Program-made: the position numbers and the translations under genes
IMG/VR virus record: IMGVR_UViG_3300037010_004438
DNA: 64,000 nt
Source: an uncultured virus (IMG/VR IMGVR_UViG_3300037010_004438)
Lineage: Duplodnaviria > Heunggongvirae > Uroviricota > Caudoviricetes
Strand: one strand, 5' to 3'
The notes under the pieces: generated by a model
Database searches by the model: none
Told to the model about the DNA's origin: nothing
What the model saw: only the letters and a program-made list of their open reading frames with translations
Part shown: positions 38,888-47,909 of the stretch, one piece after another
Layout: the number at the start of each line of letters is the position of its first letter
Numbering within the stretch: position 1 is the stretch's first letter

Positions 38888-40246
38888 GTGGGCTCTGAAA
38901 AGGTCGATCGGTACTGGGTGAAGTTCGATGAGGACCGTTTTTCGGCTCTCAAACCGGTCTCGGAGAGGTCCGAAAAAGGGCCCAAATCGGCGTTCAAGTT
39001 CCAGTTTTCGCCCGACCAGGAGACTGCCTACAAGGGGGTCCGCTCGTGGATGAAGGTCAAAAACAAGCCTGTTTTGACCCTTGGAGGCGTGGCCGGTTCT
39101 GGCAAGTCCACGCTCATCACGGCACTGGCCGGAGACGCGTACAACGAGCGAATCGCGTTTTGCGCGCTGACGGGAAAAGCGACGAACGTCCTGCGCTCGA
39201 AGATGCGCGCGGCCGGCGTCCTCAGCCCCTACCATTCTATCTCAACCATTCACAGCCTTCTCTACCAATGCTTCTCGGAGCAACCAGATGAGGACTGCGA
39301 ACACGAAATCGCTGACGGGTCGTGCAAAAAGTGCGGGTGGTCTGGAAAGATTCTCTGGCAGAAAAAGCAAGGAAGCAGCTTCGGGTCGTTCAAGTGGATC
39401 GTCGTCGACGAAGGGTCGATGCTCGATGACGAGCTGATCGCGGATCTTTCGTCGTACGGTATCCCGATGCTCGTCGTCGGAGACCACGCGCAGCTACCTC
39501 CGGTCGGAGGGTCCGCGAAGCTCATGGAAGCGCCAGACCTCCGACTCGAACAGATCCATCGCCAGGCGCTTGGGAATCCGATCTTGGAGCTTTCGGCGAT
39601 CATTCGAAAGTACGGTCAGCTCCCCGCGACGCTTCCTGGCAACGGCGATGCGCGCGTTCGCTACAGCAAGCGTCACGACTTCGTCGACGAGATGCGCGTC
39701 ATCTATAAGGAGCTTGCGCGCGAGGATGTGGGCGTCCTGTCTTGGACGAACACCGTGCGGACGCGGCTCAATCAGATCCTTCGGCAGGTGTACTACGATC
39801 GCCCCGATCTCCCCTCGACGCCGATTGAGGACGACCAGGTCATCTGTCTGAAGAACGCCTTTCAGATCGCGTTCAACGGAATGCGCGGCTTTCTCCGCTC
39901 GCATACGCCGAGCAAGAGCAAGCATTTTTACGAAGGCGTCGCTGAGTTTCCCGATGACAATCTGCGTTTTCGCGGGTCCATCAACCGTCACGCGTTCGGA
40001 GCACCGCAGGGAGTGTCTCAGCTGACCGATTTCGCGGACAAGGACTTCCACCCGAAGAATTGGCAGGAGATGGGCTTTCTGCTCGACTACGGCTACTGTC
40101 TGACGGTCCACAAGGCTCAGGGAAGCCAATTTCATACGGCCGTGGTCATTCGCGAGAAGCCTCCCGCGGCGACGAACGATTATTACAAGAAGTGGATGTA
40201 CACGGCGGTGACCAGGGCTGCGGAACGCCTCCGGATCGTGATCTGA
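38888..40246 (+). CDS. SF1B helicase (RecD2/Dda-like)
   Basis: GVAGSGKS, ALTGKA, TIHSLLY, VDEGSM, VGDHAQLPPV, YCLTVHKAQGSQF, YTAVTRA. Confidence 0.95.
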   Translation: MGSEKVDRYWVKFDEDRFSALKPVSERSEKGPKSAFKFQFSPDQETAYKGVRSWMKVKNKPVLTLGGVAGSGKSTLITALAGDAYNERIAFCALTGKATNVLRSKMRAAGVLSPYHSISTIHSLLYQCFSEQPDEDCEHEIADGSCKKCGWSGKILWQKKQGSSFGSFKWIVVDEGSMLDDELIADLSSYGIPMLVVGDHAQLPPVGGSAKLMEAPDLRLEQIHRQALGNPILELSAIIRKYGQLPATLPGNGDARVRYSKRHDFVDEMRVIYKELAREDVGVLSWTNTVRTRLNQILRQVYYDRPDLPSTPIEDDQVICLKNAFQIAFNGMRGFLRSHTPSKSKHFYEGVAEFPDDNLRFRGSINRHAFGAPQGVSQLTDFADKDFHPKNWQEMGFLLDYGYCLTVHKAQGSQFHTAVVIREKPPAATNDYYKKWMYTAVTRAAERLRIVI

Positions 40247-40286
40247 CTTTCCGAAAGTCGGCGGGGCGCGGCGGGTCCCTGACAGG

Positions 40287-40595
40287 ATGGGCTATATGGT
40301 TGCGCGAGCAGAGCTTTGCGGTTATGCTCTTTGGGCAGTCATCGAGGATTCTATGTCGAAAGCGAAGCAAGACGACCTTTCGAGGCAGCGGCGGCTCAAC
40401 CAGGGCAAGTGCCCTATGCATGGGGCCCGCCTCGTGCAGACGGATTACCGATGGGCCGGAGGTGGCGCTCGCCCGGTCGTGGGCTGCTCTCGCAAAAGCT
40501 GCGATTTCGAGGTCGTCGTGCGCCCTGGGAGCAAGCTCGAAGCAGCGCTCGGATTCGGATCGCCCGAAAACCTCGATGGCGGGAGGCAGGAATGA
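40287..40595 (+). CDS. hypothetical Zn-ribbon protein
   Basis: CPMHG...CSRKSC; start may be internal. Confidence 0.5.
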   Translation: MGYMVARAELCGYALWAVIEDSMSKAKQDDLSRQRRLNQGKCPMHGARLVQTDYRWAGGGARPVVGCSRKSCDFEVVVRPGSKLEAALGFGSPENLDGGRQE

Positions 40596-41179
40596 GCGAG
40601 ACGGGCAAGGGACGCGGCTTCAAATCGATGAGTCCCGAGAAGCGCGCGGAGGTGGCTCGCCGAGGCGGCCAGACGTCGCAGGCAAAAGGGACGGCGCACA
40701 GGTTCGACTCGGATACGGCGAGGGCCGCAGCGCGAAAGCCGAGAGGACCTCGAAAGAGCAAGATCGGCAAGTTCGAGTCGATGCCGGCAGAGACGTTTCG
40801 GGAGATGGTTCGAAGGACCACGTTCGACCAGCTCGCGAACACGGTCGCGGCCATGGCGGCAGAAATCCTCCCGAACGTTCAGGGGGCGTACATCCTGGTC
40901 TCGCACGAGGGCCCGGACGGCAAGCTGGCGACGACCTCCAAGATGCTCACGGTCACCAAAGGCGACGGGTGGAGCATCGTCTCTGGTCTCATCGAGGGCA
41001 TGGAGAAAGACATCCGCGAGTGTGACGATCGGGCGAAGTCGGAGGGGCTCCGTCGCGTCGTGCCGAACACGTCGCTGACGCCGACCACGTTCCCCCGCGT
41101 CCCCTCAGCGGCGACAGGGGGCCTGCGGGTCATCCCCGGGGGCGATGGGCGTCAGGAAACGAAAGAGGAAGAGCGATGA
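40592..41179 (+). CDS. KGG-repeat (general stress protein-like) domain protein
   Basis: GFKSMSPEKRAEVARRGG..GTAHRF. Confidence 0.8.
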   Translation: MSETGKGRGFKSMSPEKRAEVARRGGQTSQAKGTAHRFDSDTARAAARKPRGPRKSKIGKFESMPAETFREMVRRTTFDQLANTVAAMAAEILPNVQGAYILVSHEGPDGKLATTSKMLTVTKGDGWSIVSGLIEGMEKDIRECDDRAKSEGLRRVVPNTSLTPTTFPRVPSAATGGLRVIPGGDGRQETKEEER

Positions 41180-41520
41180 ACAATCAGGGCAACGAAGGCG
41201 TGAAGAAGGGGTTTTCGCGGATGAGCGACGAAGCCCGGCGTGAAGCGGCGAGGCAAGGAGGCCGCGCGGCCCAGGCCAAGGGGACGGCGCACAAGTTCAC
41301 GCCGGAGAAGGCTCGCGAGGCGGCGAGAAAGAGCGTCGAGGTGCGCAAGGCTCGGGCGACGGCGAAGCTGGCGTTGGAGGCGGAGAAGCTGGCTCCGGAG
41401 GCGGAGAAGCTGGTGTCGGAGGCGGAGAAGCTGGCTCCGGAGGCGGAGAAGCTGGCTCCGGAGGCGGCCTTGTCCGCGCAAGCGGCGGCCGTGCCCGCGC
41501 GAGTTTCGTTCCTCTCATGA
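41176..41520 (+). CDS. KGG-repeat domain protein with (AEKLAPE)n tail
   Basis: GFSRMSDEARREAARQGG..GTAHKFT. Confidence 0.8.
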   Translation: MNNQGNEGVKKGFSRMSDEARREAARQGGRAAQAKGTAHKFTPEKAREAARKSVEVRKARATAKLALEAEKLAPEAEKLVSEAEKLAPEAEKLAPEAALSAQAAAVPARVSFLS

Positions 41521-41646
41521 TGAAGCGCGGCGAGAGTCAGCGTGGAGACGAAAGCGTTTGGCTCGCCATCATCGTCGCGCTCATCGTCGTCACGGCGCTC
41601 GGATTTTTCCTTGGGGGCAGCGACGATCTCGTCGCCCCGGACGAGG

Positions 41647-42096
41647 ATGGAAAGGCTGGTCTTCGTGGAACGCCAAGTGCTCATGGATCGGCAGACAAGG
41701 ACCGAGGAAATCGCGCGCATTCGTAAGGACGTTCTCCAGCGCGATCCGGGAGGAGAGATCGTCGAGGCCGAGAGCCTGTTCGAAACCGCCATCAAGGAAG
41801 CGAAGGCGAAGGGCATCACCATCATCCACGGCTCGTTCGGCGCGCACGATGCGATCGACCCCGTGAGCTGCGTCGCGAGGCTCTCCCCTCTCTACGATGG
41901 CGCGCTCGGCAGCGAGTCGTTCCTCGCGTGCGAGTTGCTTGGGTGGAACTACGATCAGATTTGGGCGTTCGTGTCTGGGTACGATCTCGAACATGAACGC
42001 TTGATCGATCCGAGAGCTTTTCGCCACCCCGACGTCGTGCAGCTCGGGGAGAGGATTCGGGCTCGCCATTGCCCAGAGCTTTCCAAAGAGACTTGA
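41647..42096 (+). CDS. hypothetical protein
   Basis: GAGG RBS before MERLV. Confidence 0.55.
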   Translation: MERLVFVERQVLMDRQTRTEEIARIRKDVLQRDPGGEIVEAESLFETAIKEAKAKGITIIHGSFGAHDAIDPVSCVARLSPLYDGALGSESFLACELLGWNYDQIWAFVSGYDLEHERLIDPRAFRHPDVVQLGERIRARHCPELSKET

Positions 42097-42144
42097 TTGT
42101 TTCGCCGAGACGGGCTTTGATGCATTTCCGAGGAGGTCTTCGGA

Positions 42145-42393
42145 ATGACGAATTTGGATTTCGATGCCTGGGCGGACGATGTGCGGAGGCAGCTCGACGG
42201 GATGAAGAAGAAACCTCTCGCGTTCGCTGTGATGATTCTGCCGGACGACCCGGACGTCGACATGGAGAACCCGAGGCTGCTCGCCGCCATCGGCACGATG
42301 TATCACTCGGACATGCATCGCCGGACCCTCATCGAGGGACTCTTCATCTTGGCCGAGCGCCTTGACGAGGCGTACCCGCCTCCCATCAACTGA
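42145..42393 (+). CDS. hypothetical protein
   Basis: GGAGG RBS. Confidence 0.6.
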   Translation: MTNLDFDAWADDVRRQLDGMKKKPLAFAVMILPDDPDVDMENPRLLAAIGTMYHSDMHRRTLIEGLFILAERLDEAYPPPIN

Positions 42394-42452
42394 CGCAAGA
42401 CGACGCGGACGCGAGGAAGACCCTCGCCGACTTGAGAAAAAGGAAGAACGAC

Positions 42453-43268
42453 GTGCTTCGCCTTGCCTGGATCACCGACCCGCACGCGAATTTCGTCGCG
42501 TCACGCGACTGGTTCCGCCGCATTCTGGACGAGCGTCCTGACGGAGTCCTCATCACGGGCGACATCGCCGAGAGCAAGAGCATTCGCGGCGTGCTGCTCG
42601 CATTCGCGGAAGAGACGGCGAGGCCCGTCTACTTCGTCCTCGGTAACCACGACTTCTATCGCTCCTCGTTCGCCAAGGTGCGCGCGAACGTGTCGAAGAC
42701 CGTCTTGGAGACGCCTTCTCTCACATACCTGCACGAGCACGGAATCGTCCGTCTTTCGGACAAAACTGCGCTCATCGGCGTCGACGGGTGGTACGACGGG
42801 CGCAATGGCGACTTCGATCAATCGCGCGCGGTGCTCAACGACTTCCTTCTCATCGAGGATCTGAGCAAGCACGCGCGCATCGGGGACATTGGAGGTCTCA
42901 AGCGCAGGATCGAGCAGTTCACGGACGCGGACGCGGAGAAGGTGCGGACGCTCCTCTCCGCGTGCATCGATCCTCGTCTCGAACGCATCGTCGTCGCGAC
43001 GCATGTGCCGCCCTTTGCGGGGGCAGCGTGGCATGAGGGTAGGGTGTCGGACGCGGAACACCTCCCCTTCTTCTCGAACCGCTCCATTGGCGACGCCATC
43101 ATGGAAGCGACCAAAACGTTCCGAGAGAAGCTCGGAGGCAAGGTCGACGTCTACTGCGGACACACGCACAGCGAGGGCGTCATTCATCCGGCGGAGAACC
43201 TGGCGGTTCGTACGGGCGCGGCGGAATATTACAGCCCCGGCCTCGCTGGGTTTGTCGAGTACGAGTGA
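42453..43268 (+). CDS. calcineurin-like metallophosphoesterase
   Basis: TDPH, TGD, GNHD, THVPP, CGHTH. Confidence 0.93.
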   Translation: MLRLAWITDPHANFVASRDWFRRILDERPDGVLITGDIAESKSIRGVLLAFAEETARPVYFVLGNHDFYRSSFAKVRANVSKTVLETPSLTYLHEHGIVRLSDKTALIGVDGWYDGRNGDFDQSRAVLNDFLLIEDLSKHARIGDIGGLKRRIEQFTDADAEKVRTLLSACIDPRLERIVVATHVPPFAGAAWHEGRVSDAEHLPFFSNRSIGDAIMEATKTFREKLGGKVDVYCGHTHSEGVIHPAENLAVRTGAAEYYSPGLAGFVEYE

Positions 43269-43303
43269 GCGGAGGGCGCGGCGAGGAGCTGCGGAAGATG
43301 GAC

Positions 43304-43537
43304 ATGAAGCTGTACAACGCGCGTCTTGGGTTCGCGAACAATTCCAGCTCGTCGCACTCGCTCCTCTTTCTCCCTGGCACCTCCGATGACTTTGCGGAGG
43401 CGGACGGCCGCGTGGAATTCGGGTGGGGCGGCTTCACGCTCGCCAGTCCGAAGGCGAAGCTCTCGTATCTCGCGACTGCGATCTATCCGCAGTACGTGAA
43501 GAAAGAAGAGATGCTTGCCGTGCGCGGGAAATGGTAG
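43304..43537 (+). CDS. short protein with the phage-conserved RxGFxxNSSSS N-terminus (possibly truncated)
   Basis: MKLYNARLGFANNSSSSHS. Confidence 0.55.
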   Translation: MKLYNARLGFANNSSSSHSLLFLPGTSDDFAEADGRVEFGWGGFTLASPKAKLSYLATAIYPQYVKKEEMLAVRGKW

Positions 43538-43956
43538 GCTCCCCGCCCATGAAAAATGAGTCTCGGACGCTGTGTCCGGCGCGTTCGCTCGTCACGGACG
43601 GGCCCGCAAACCTTGGCCGCGTGAAGCCGGTTCGGTGCATCCTGTCGAACGGCCACCGCGGCGGTCACACCAACGGCGTTCATCGATGGACGGACGAGGG
43701 GCAACAGGCGGCTCGCGAAGGCGGGCAGAAGGAACGAACGTGAGTCGAAGCGGTGGTAAGACCGGGTTTCAGCCCGTGCAATACACGAACGATCCGGTCG
43801 CGAACGCGATTCTGAACCTCGCGGCGGCCGTTCGAGAGAATGCTGAGGCCGTCCGTGAGAACGCCGAGGCCGTGCGCGAGGCAGGCATCGCGATTTCGGA
43901 TGCCCTTTACGACGCGGACGTGGACGAAGAGGGAATGGAAGAGGGCTTCGACGGCA

Positions 43957-44460
43957 ATGACGGAGGCAGCTGACGCGGCCGAGGAGATTGCGGAGGGTCG
44001 AGAGGACGCTTTTCTTGACACTCCGTTACTCCGCGTTCTTTTGCCCGGCACGCGCCTCGTGTCGCTCGCGAATCGGCGCGAGCACTGGATCGAGAAGTGG
44101 CGGCGCAGCAAGTCGCAGCGCGCCGCCGCAAAACTTCTCGTTCAGGCCGCGATGTCTCGAAAGCCAAAGGCGGAACGGCCGAAGCTTCCCTTGCTCGTGC
44201 GCATCACGCGCGTGTACGAAGGGAACGATCTCGACGCGGACGACAACCTCAACATTTCCGGCAAGCACGTTCGAGATGGGGTCTCGGACGCGCTCGGGAT
44301 CGATGATGGCTCGCCGCTCATCGCGTGGCGCTACTGCCAGATGCCAGGCCCGACCGGCGTGCTCGTGGAGATGTTTTCTCGCCACTGTTGCTCGTGCTGC
44401 GGGGAGGTTCTGTGGAAGAAGTTCTCAGTCCCCGCGGCGTCATCATCAAAGCGGCTTTGA
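43957..44460 (+). CDS. RusA-like Holliday junction resolvase/endonuclease
   Basis: SLAN.REHW, LDADDNL..SGKHVRDGVSDALGIDD. Confidence 0.7.
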   Translation: MTEAADAAEEIAEGREDAFLDTPLLRVLLPGTRLVSLANRREHWIEKWRRSKSQRAAAKLLVQAAMSRKPKAERPKLPLLVRITRVYEGNDLDADDNLNISGKHVRDGVSDALGIDDGSPLIAWRYCQMPGPTGVLVEMFSRHCCSCCGEVLWKKFSVPAASSSKRL

Positions 44461-44513
44461 TCGGTCATCATCGAAGCGGCTTTGATCGGCCATCATCGAA
44501 GCGGCTTTGATCG
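44441..44513 (+). repeat. 25-bp tandem repeat x3
   Basis: CATCATCGAAGCGGCTTTGATCGGY. Confidence 0.85.
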
Positions 44514-44597
44514 ATCTTCTCGCGCTGGTCGTCGGGTTGACGATGGCGACGGCGCGCACATGACTTGCCTATCTCGGCAAGAAACGCAAGGACGGAC

Positions 44598-44825
44598 ATG
44601 GGCCGTAAGAAGCACTACATCGACGCGCTCCTCGACGCCGCTCGCGAAGCCTTCGAAGACGGTCTCTTCGAGGAGCGAAGAACGCGTCTTCGCGACGACG
44701 TGATCGGAATCATCGAGCGGGAGAGGGAGGGCGCCGTCATCGAGCTTCGCGGCGAGATGGCCGCGCTCCGCAGAGAAAACGGAGAGCTGCGCCTCGCGGT
44801 TCGCAAGCTCGAAGAGGGCGAATAG
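44598..44825 (+). CDS. hypothetical coiled-coil protein
   Basis: AAGGA RBS. Confidence 0.55.
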   Translation: MGRKKHYIDALLDAAREAFEDGLFEERRTRLRDDVIGIIEREREGAVIELRGEMAALRRENGELRLAVRKLEEGE

Positions 44826-44827
44826 CC

Positions 44828-45199
44828 GTGCGCTGTCCGGGGTGCGATGGCAAGCGCGAGGGTTCGGGAGAGGTGGAGGATCCGTCGAGAGAGGCTTCGG
44901 CCGATCGCGCTTCGCTCCTCCTCGCGCGCAAGAGCGGCATCCGCGACTGCAAGCGCGCGTGCCTGCAGATGGGCATTGCGGCGCGCCTCGAACGAAACAC
45001 GGCGACGACCTCGAAGAACGAAGCGTTCGCGAAGGAGTGCGACGCGAAGATTCGCGCAGCTTTCGCCCTCCACCAGCGCCTCTCGGAGGTCGAGGCGTGG
45101 GCATGGAACAGCGACACGATGGAGGTTGCGTGCGCGCACGAGAAGCGCGAAGTGCTTGGCGAGCGGACATTCTGCGTCGAGTGCGGCTCGATCCTTTGA
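44828..45199 (+). CDS. hypothetical Cys-motif protein
   Basis: CPGC, CAHE..FCVECG. Confidence 0.5.
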   Translation: MRCPGCDGKREGSGEVEDPSREASADRASLLLARKSGIRDCKRACLQMGIAARLERNTATTSKNEAFAKECDAKIRAAFALHQRLSEVEAWAWNSDTMEVACAHEKREVLGERTFCVECGSIL

Positions 45200-45212
45200 A
45201 ATAGGGCGGATC

Positions 45213-45524
45213 ATGGCTCCCCGAGCCCCTCGACTTGCCGGAAGTCAGTTCGGCCGCCTCCTCGTCGTGGGCGGCTCTGAGCTGAAAGTATCGCGTGGCG
45301 GCGCTCGATACTACTTGGTCCCCTGTCGCTGCGACTGCGGCGAGTTCTTGAAGGTTCGCGTGAGCTATCTGAGGACGGGATCGACGAGATCGTGCGGATG
45401 CTTGCTTCGAGAGGCGATCGAGGCGGCGCGCGAGGTCCACTTTCGCAAAGTGCGAAGACGGTGGGCGGAGGAGGGGAAGCGGCGAGTGGTGGGACGAGAC
45501 GGCGGCGTGGACGAGGAATCGTGA
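45213..45524 (+). CDS. HNH-associated N-terminal Cys module without nuclease domain
   Basis: LAGSQFGRLLVV..CRCDCG..LRTGSTRSCGC. Confidence 0.7.
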   Translation: MAPRAPRLAGSQFGRLLVVGGSELKVSRGGARYYLVPCRCDCGEFLKVRVSYLRTGSTRSCGCLLREAIEAAREVHFRKVRRRWAEEGKRRVVGRDGGVDEES

Positions 45525-45536
45525 GCGGAGGTCAAG

Positions 45537-47585
45537 GTGCTGAGTCGGATCACCTCGCAGCGTGAGAAGCGCAAATTCGAGACGTACGACATGGAGTGGA
45601 CGCCGGGTCGTGCGAAGGTCGGAGATTCCGAGCCTACGAAGCTGAAGGACAACCTTCGACTGGTCGGCTCATACGACGGTAAGCGGTATCGAGCGTTTTA
45701 CACGGTCGACGACTTTTTGAACGCGAGGCTCACCGCGGAGAACAATGAGAAGTGGTTTTACGCCCACTACGGCGGCATGGCCGACTCGCAGTTTCTCCTG
45801 GAGCGCCTCATCTCGCGCATTCCGGAGTTTCAGGTGGACGCGAGCTTCTCGGGCTCGTCCGCGATCATCATCCACGTCCGCAAGGGACAGCACGTTTGGC
45901 ACTTCATCGACAGCTTCTGGCTCTTGCGCGACAAGCTCGCGAACATCGGCGCCGTCGTCGGACTTGATAAGCTCGGCGAAGAGTACGCTTGCTCGAATTT
46001 TCCGCACTGCGGTCATGTTGACGAACTCGACAATCGCTACCTCGACCCGGGGCGCGATCCGAGCTGTTCGCACCCGACGGACAAGCGGCACGACGACTTC
46101 TGCACGCTCTGCGGCAAGCAGTTCCCGCATGCGATGTGCGTCTTCTGGGCGAAGATGCCCGAGCTGAAGGAGTACAACGAGCGCGATTGCGTCATTCTCT
46201 ATCGGGCGATCGAGCAGTTCGAGGACGTCCTCTTTCAGCTCGGAGGACAGCTGCAGATGACGATTGCTTCCTGCGCCATGCACCTCTTTCGGCGCGTGTA
46301 CTTGCAGGACAACATTCGCACCAACGCGGCCGTCAACGGTTGGGCTCGCCTCGCGTATACCTCCAGTCGCGTCGAGGTGTTTCAGAGCCGCTGCGAGGAA
46401 GCTCACTATTTTGACCTGAACAGCTCGTTTCCCTACAGTATGACGTTCGACTGTCCTGGGAATGTGAAGAAGGGAGGGCTCAAGGACGGCAAGCTGCCGA
46501 AGAATCGCCTGGGCTCCATCTTCATCGCGGACTGCGAGGTCGAGGTGCCCGAGATGTACCTTCCTCCTTTGCCGTATCGGCACGACAACCGAGTCTTTTT
46601 CCCGATCGGCAAGTGGCGTAGCTGGTTCTCTGGCATCGATCTGGAGCTTCTCGAACGGCGCGGCGGCCGCATTCTGAAGGTGTACCAGAGTATCGAGTTC
46701 GAGAAGCAGAGCTACCTTCGCGACTACGCGCTCGACATCTACGCGCGTCGAAAGGCCAGCAAAACCAGCTTCGAAAAGCTTGTGTATAAGCTCCTTATGA
46801 ATTCGCTGTACGGAAAATTCGGTGAGAGAACGGAGAAGACGGGGCTCCTCGTGAACCCCGAGAGCCCTCACTGTCCGCACAAGGTGAAGCACCGTTGTCA
46901 ATCGTGGCCGGCGTGCGAGCACGCCCTTGCCGGCAACGAGTGCGACCTCTGCATGCAGCACCTCTTCGGATCGGCGTGGCTCGTCACGGACAACGTGCCG
47001 CTCTCGCACGAATGGGTTCCCATCGCGGTCGAGATCACGAGTCGCTCGCGCATGAACCTCGAAGGGCACCTCTGGAACGCGCAGCACGACATCTACTACT
47101 GCGACACCGACTCCGTCATCACGACGGCCAATCTCCCCTCCGATCCGACGACGCTCGGCGCGCTGAAGTTGGAGGACGAGATCAAGAACGGCGAGTTCGT
47201 CGCGTGCAAGATTTACGCGGTCGATGTCGTGACGACGGAGGACCACCTGAAGAAGAATCCCCACTACGGCCCGACCCATTGGAGCACCAAGGCCAAGGGG
47301 TTCTCGCGCATGAACTACCCGAAGTTCTGCGACGTTCGCCTCGGCGAGGAGATCCAGATCGCGCGCATGACGCGCCTCCGCGAGCTGTATCGCAAGGGCG
47401 CGACGTCGCCGGAGGAGGCCATCGTCTCGAAGTCTCTCGTGCAAAAGTGCATGCCGAAGCGCTGCATGTTCCCGAGCGGTCAGTCGCGCCCCTGGTCGGT
47501 CGCGGAGATCGAGAACAACTACATGGACCTCTCGATCCACATCGAGCCTCCCGAGCCCCCGGCGACGGTGGCGGACGTCTCCTGA
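45537..47585 (+). CDS. family B DNA polymerase, related to the protein-primed (DNA_pol_B_2) group
   Basis: ExoI YDME, ExoII YAHYGG.AD, ExoIII YNERD; YFDLNSSFP, KLLMNSLYGKFG, YCDTDS, KIY, KAKG. Confidence 0.93.
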   Translation: MLSRITSQREKRKFETYDMEWTPGRAKVGDSEPTKLKDNLRLVGSYDGKRYRAFYTVDDFLNARLTAENNEKWFYAHYGGMADSQFLLERLISRIPEFQVDASFSGSSAIIIHVRKGQHVWHFIDSFWLLRDKLANIGAVVGLDKLGEEYACSNFPHCGHVDELDNRYLDPGRDPSCSHPTDKRHDDFCTLCGKQFPHAMCVFWAKMPELKEYNERDCVILYRAIEQFEDVLFQLGGQLQMTIASCAMHLFRRVYLQDNIRTNAAVNGWARLAYTSSRVEVFQSRCEEAHYFDLNSSFPYSMTFDCPGNVKKGGLKDGKLPKNRLGSIFIADCEVEVPEMYLPPLPYRHDNRVFFPIGKWRSWFSGIDLELLERRGGRILKVYQSIEFEKQSYLRDYALDIYARRKASKTSFEKLVYKLLMNSLYGKFGERTEKTGLLVNPESPHCPHKVKHRCQSWPACEHALAGNECDLCMQHLFGSAWLVTDNVPLSHEWVPIAVEITSRSRMNLEGHLWNAQHDIYYCDTDSVITTANLPSDPTTLGALKLEDEIKNGEFVACKIYAVDVVTTEDHLKKNPHYGPTHWSTKAKGFSRMNYPKFCDVRLGEEIQIARMTRLRELYRKGATSPEEAIVSKSLVQKCMPKRCMFPSGQSRPWSVAEIENNYMDLSIHIEPPEPPATVADVS

Positions 47586-47813
47586 TTCATAAAGAGGTTA
47601 TGGAGGCGGGTTCGGCAGGCCAACCCGCGCTCGTCCCCGTTCCTGATGCGAGCCGCAAGGCGGCGATCAGGAGCGGGAGCGGGAGCGGGAGAGAAGGAGG
47701 ACAGAGGCAGCCCGCATACCCCTTCGAATGCGGGACGCGCAGTTGTGGCACGAGAGGGGCCCGAAGCCCTTTCCTCGAATTTCGGGCGAGAACATGGGTT
47801 CTTCGGCGGGGTC

Positions 47814-47841
47814 TTGACAGCTCTGCTAACGGAACTATTGT
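47814..47841 (+). promoter_or_regulatory. sigma70-like promoter of the Cas12m-like gene
   Basis: TTGACA-16 nt-TATTGT. Confidence 0.5.
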
Positions 47842-47909
47842 GGGCTCTGTCGAGAGGCTTTCTCGACAGGCTCCAGCGGAGTGAGGAACTCCGAGAAAGA
47901 GGCGCGAAC

